In this document: one piece after another, positions 60,047 through 64,000 of the stretch
Numbering within the stretch: the first letter of the stretch is position 1
Layout of the letters: the number at the start of each line of letters is the position of its first letter
Assembly (NCBI RefSeq): GCF_006345805.1
Contig: NC_042997.1
Coordinates: 206,398,001-206,462,000 of the forward strand
DNA from: Octopus sinensis
Lineage: Eukaryota
Length of the DNA: 64,000 nucleotides
Direction: 5' to 3'
Position numbers and translations under genes: made by a program
Notes under the pieces: generated by a model
The model's input: only the letters and a program-made list of their open reading frames with translations
The model's database searches: none
Told to the model about the DNA's origin: nothing

Positions 60047-63000
60047 TTACTTGAAGCCTTTGACGACAAGTAGAAGGGGATAGAGTATCACATGGGTTAG
60101 AGAAACAAACTGGGATGATTCAAGGGACAACTGCTGAGAGCCTCTGACCAGATCTGGGCTGGTGCAAAGTCCCCTCTCATCCCAAGGTAACGTGGGGCGG
60201 TGGAACAGTGTCGTAGACAGGGCTATTAGAGAAAGAGACAGACTTGAAAGCACTGGATGAATGGTGGGTAGCAGGGAAATTGTATCAGACTGCTAAAAGG
60301 GAAGCTAGGAGACAGGTCTATCTAGCCAGAGGGGAAGCAGATAAGAAAAAATTTGCCAATGTTTGCGCCATGAGGACCAAAGACTGGAGGTTGTTTCGCG
60401 TTGCAAGACAGGGTGTGAGAGAGAATCGTGATTGTGGTGGGCGAGAAATGTGTTCGCATGGAAGATGGTTCACTTGCGCTAAACGAGGATGCAAGAGAGA
60501 GGCTTGGAGGACGCCCACTATGAAAGGTTGCTGAATAAAGAAAATGAATGGTATAAAGAGAGTCTGCCGAACGTTGACCCAACAGAGGGACCAGCTATCA
60601 GGGTTGATAGTTCCTTAATAGCTAAGGCAATTAGAAGCATGAAGACAGGGAAAGCCCCAGGCCCATCAGGCATCACTGCAGAGATGCTTCAAAATATTCT
60701 GGTAGGTCGGATATAGCCTTGTCACCTGTATATATAGTAATCAGGTGATACATGAAGGAGTCATACCCAATGACTGGGTTGTAGCAGCTAATAGTCAACT
60801 GCTACAAAGGTAAAGGTGATGATGCCCTAGATACAAATAATTACAGAGGGTATCAAGCTGTTGGAAAGGTTATGAAGGTTACAGAGAGGGTCATAAGCCA
60901 ACTAATACAGAGGGAGTTAGTTTAGATGAGATGCAGTTGGTTTGTGCCAGGGAAAGTACCACTGATGCTATTCCTGGTAAGGCAGCTGCCAGGAAAATTA
61001 CCTAGCCAAAGATAAGCCCCTGTACCTGGCTTTTGTGGACACATGGAGAAAGCCTTCGGACAGGGTCCCCCGATCCTTCATATGGTGGTCAATGAGGAAC
61101 TAGGAATAGATGAATGGTTAGTGAGAGCTGTGCAAGCCATGTACAGGACGCTGCTAGTAAGGTGAGGGTTGGCCAATGTGTACAGTGAAGAATTCCGGGT
61201 AGAGGTAGGGGTCTCCACAAGGCTCAGTCCTCAGCCCCCTCATATTATCATAGTCCTCCAGGCAATAACGGAGGAATTCAAGACAGGATGCCCCTGGGAG
61301 CTCCTCTATGCTGATGACCTTGCCTCTAATTGCTGAGTCACATTATCAGACTGGAGAAGAAGTTTCAGGTGGGAAAGCTGTTAGAATCAAAGGGCCTTAG
61401 AGTCAACCTAGCTAAAACCAAAGTCCTAATAAGTAGGAAGGTAGACAAATCACAAACGCCTTCAGGTAGATGGCCCTGCTCTATCGCTGTAGAAAAAGTG
61501 TAGGTAGAAACTCTATAAGATGCACCAGTGTAGCTATGGACACATAAGAGTGTGCAGCAATGTCATAGGAAGGCTAACTAGGAAGATGGTTTTTGTATGT
61601 GGCAGATGCTCGGGAGCAATAACTCTGAAAATCTGACAGAAAACAACTTCCGTAACTTTCCAGGGGGAAAAACTAGAAGTAGTGATTAGTTCCGTTATCT
61701 GGTGACCAAGTCAGTAGTGGGGGTGAGTGTGCTGAAAGTGTAACGGGCTAGAGTAAGAATAGCCTGGGCAAAGTTTAGGGAGCTCTTACCTCTGTTGGGT
61801 GACTAAAGGCCTCTCGCTCAGAGTTAAAAGGCAAGACTGTATGATGCATGTGTACGAACGCCATGCTACATGGCAGTGAAACATGGGCCGTGACTGCTGA
61901 GGACATGCGTAAGCTCGCGAGAAATGAAGCTAGTATGCTCCGTTGGATGTGTAATGTCAGTGTTCATAGTTGACAGAGTGTAAGTACCTTGAGAGAAAAG
62001 TTGGACCTAAGAGAATCAGATGTTGTGTGCAGAGAGACGATTGCGCTGGTATGGTCATGTGGTGAGAATGGATGAAGATAGGTGTGTGAAAAGTGCCACA
62101 CCCTGGCAGTTGAGGGGACCTGTGGAAGAGGTAGACCCAGGAAAACCTTGGTCGAGGTGTAAAGCACGACCTTCGAACTCTAGGTCTCACCAAGGAAATG
62201 ACCAGAGCCCGTAGACCTATGGAAGTATGCTGTGCATGAGAAGACCCGGCAAAACCAGTGAGAACAATCAAAATCAAATCATATATCAGAAAGCATGGGT
62301 TAAGTGACCCATCCGTTCTTGTCCGCTGTCAGCCTCGTCTGGCACCGTGTCGGTGATAATTAAAAGCACCATTCGCTCGTGCCGTTGCAACTCTGCCTGG
62401 CCCCGTGTCGGTTGGCACGTAAAAGCACTATCCGTTCGTGTTCATTGCCAGCCTCGCCTGGCCCCGTGCCGGTGACACGTAAAAGCACCGTCCATTCGTG
62501 GCCGTTTGCCAGCTTTGTCTGGCCCCGTGTCGGTGGCACGTAAATGCACCATCCGTTCGTGGCCGTTTGCCAGCTCTGTCTGGCCCCGTGTTGGTGGCAC
62601 GTAAAAGCACCATCCGTTCGTGTCCGTTGCCAGCCTCGGCTGGCCCCTGTGCCGGTGACACGTAAAAGCACAGTCCGTTCGTGGCCGTTTGCCAGCTCTG
62701 TCTGGCCCCGTGTCGGTGGCACGTAAAAGCACCATCCGTTCGTGTTCGTTGCCAGCCTCGCCTGGCCCCGTGCCGGTGACACGTAAAAGCACACTCCGTT
62801 CGTGGCCGTTCACCAGCTTTCTCTGGCCCCGTGTAGGTGACACGTAAAAGCACCATCCGTTCGTGGCCGTTTGCCAGCTCTGTCTGGCCCCGTGTCGGTG
62901 GCACGTAAAAGCACCATCCGTTCGTGTCCGTTGCCAGCCTCGGCTGGCCCCCGTGCCGGTGACACATAAAAGCACCGTCCGCTCGTGGCCGTTTGCCAGC

Positions 63001-63456
63001 TCTGTCTGGCAACCGTGTCGGTGGCACGTAAAAGCACCATCCATTCGCGTCCGTTGCCAGCCTCGGCTGGCCCCCGTGCCGGTGACACGTAAAGCACCGT
63101 CCGTTCGTGGCCGTTTGCCAGCTCTGTCTGGCCCCGTGTCCGGTGGCACATAAAAGCACCATCCGTTCGTGTCCATTGCCAGCATCGCCTGGCCCCGTGC
63201 CGGTGACACGTAAAAGCACCATCCGTTCGTGCCGTCCGTTTCACCAGCTCTGTCTGGCACCTGTGCAGGTGGCACGTAAAAAACACCCACTACACTCGCG
63301 GAGTGGTTGGCGTTAGGAAGGGCATCCAGCCGTAGAAACACTGCCAGATCTGACGGCCTGACGAAGCTTTCCAGCTTCACAGACCCCAGTTGACCCGTCC
63401 AACCCATGCTAGCGTGGAAAGAAGACGCTAAACGATGATGATGATGATGATGATGA
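60047..63456 (+). mobile_element. RTE LINE (post-EN region, RT, 3' UTR with VNTR, (GAT)n tail); many 1-nt indels
   Basis: YQTAKREARRQVYLARGEA, GKAPGPSGITAEML, YADD, RLRWYGHVVRM. Confidence 0.92.
62300..63290 (+). repeat. About 62-bp A/B minisatellite (about 16 monomers) in the RTE 3' UTR
   Basis: Reverse complement of the 4995-5651 array. Confidence 0.95.
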
Positions 63457-63621
63457 TTATTATTATTATTATAATTATTTTTTTTATTATTATTATTCTT
63501 CCTCTTATTATTATTCTTATTCTTATTATTATCATCATCATCTTCATTCTTCTTATTATTATTTTTATTCTCATTCTTATTCTTATTCTTATTATTCTTC
63601 TCCTTCTTCTTGTTGTTATTA

Positions 63622-63656
<35 letters not shown>

Positions 63657-64000
63657 GTTCTTCTTATTATTATTTTTATTCTTATTCTTATTCTTCTTGT
63701 TATTATTATTATTATCATTTTTATTCTTCTTATTATTATTATCATTCTTCTTATTATTTATATTCTTCTTCTTATTATTAATATTTTTCTTATTATTATT
63801 ATTCTTCTTCTTCTTCTTATTATTTTTATTAGTACTATTATACTGCTTCTTCTTCTTCTTTATCTTCTTCTTCATCTTATTATTATAATTCTTCTTCTTA
63901 TTATTATTATTCTTATTATTATTATTGTTCTTATTCTTTTTCTTATTCTTTTTATTTTTATTCTTATTATAATTATTATTCTTCCTCTTATTATTATTAT
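63457..64000. repeat. Degenerate (TAT/TCT)n microsatellite
   Basis: Low-complexity triplets. Confidence 0.95.

Noticed and set aside
55061-60054. Poly-Ile/Leu/Tyr membrane-like ORFs
   Set aside because: Translations of (TAT/TCT)n low-complexity DNA
62360-63875. 477-aa and 264-aa minus-strand ORFs
   Set aside because: Microsatellite plus minisatellite translations (poly-N/K, repeated DGAFTCH); not credible genes
52853-64000. PARP catalytic (ART) exons
   Set aside because: No HGT / YGxGxYF-type coding segment found; presumably downstream of the window or in the gap

Overview
Eukaryotic, AT-rich, repeat-dense genomic DNA. The SINE, RTE and microsatellite landscape looks like a cephalopod (probably Octopus); that assignment is an inference. 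The only host gene I can support is a + strand PARP14-like (macro-PARP) gene. Ten exons can be spliced by hand with canonical AG/GT sites and consistent phases into about 630 open codons: two near-identical 4-exon macrodomain modules (12857-28508 and 31200-39841), then a KH-like linker exon (48018-48199) and a KH/WWE exon (52488-52852). The upstream exons and the catalytic ART exons lie outside the window. The rest is intronic transposon debris: Penelope-like, RTE, Tx1/L1 and R4/Dong-like (RLE) retroelements, tRNA-SINEs, mariner, piggyBac, Helitrons, Gypsy gag, a solo LTR, foldback elements, micro/minisatellites and a 100-N gap. The most notable observations are: the in-frame macrodomain module duplication with patchy homogenisation; inverted RTE copies bracketing exactly one 672-nt stop-free module (possible skipping or endless-ORF circRNA); a hammerhead ribozyme motif at about 10.3 kb; and two retroelement groups that appear tied to specific microsatellites. 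Exon and TSD coordinates were counted by hand. Other element boundaries and all identity figures are by-eye estimates.
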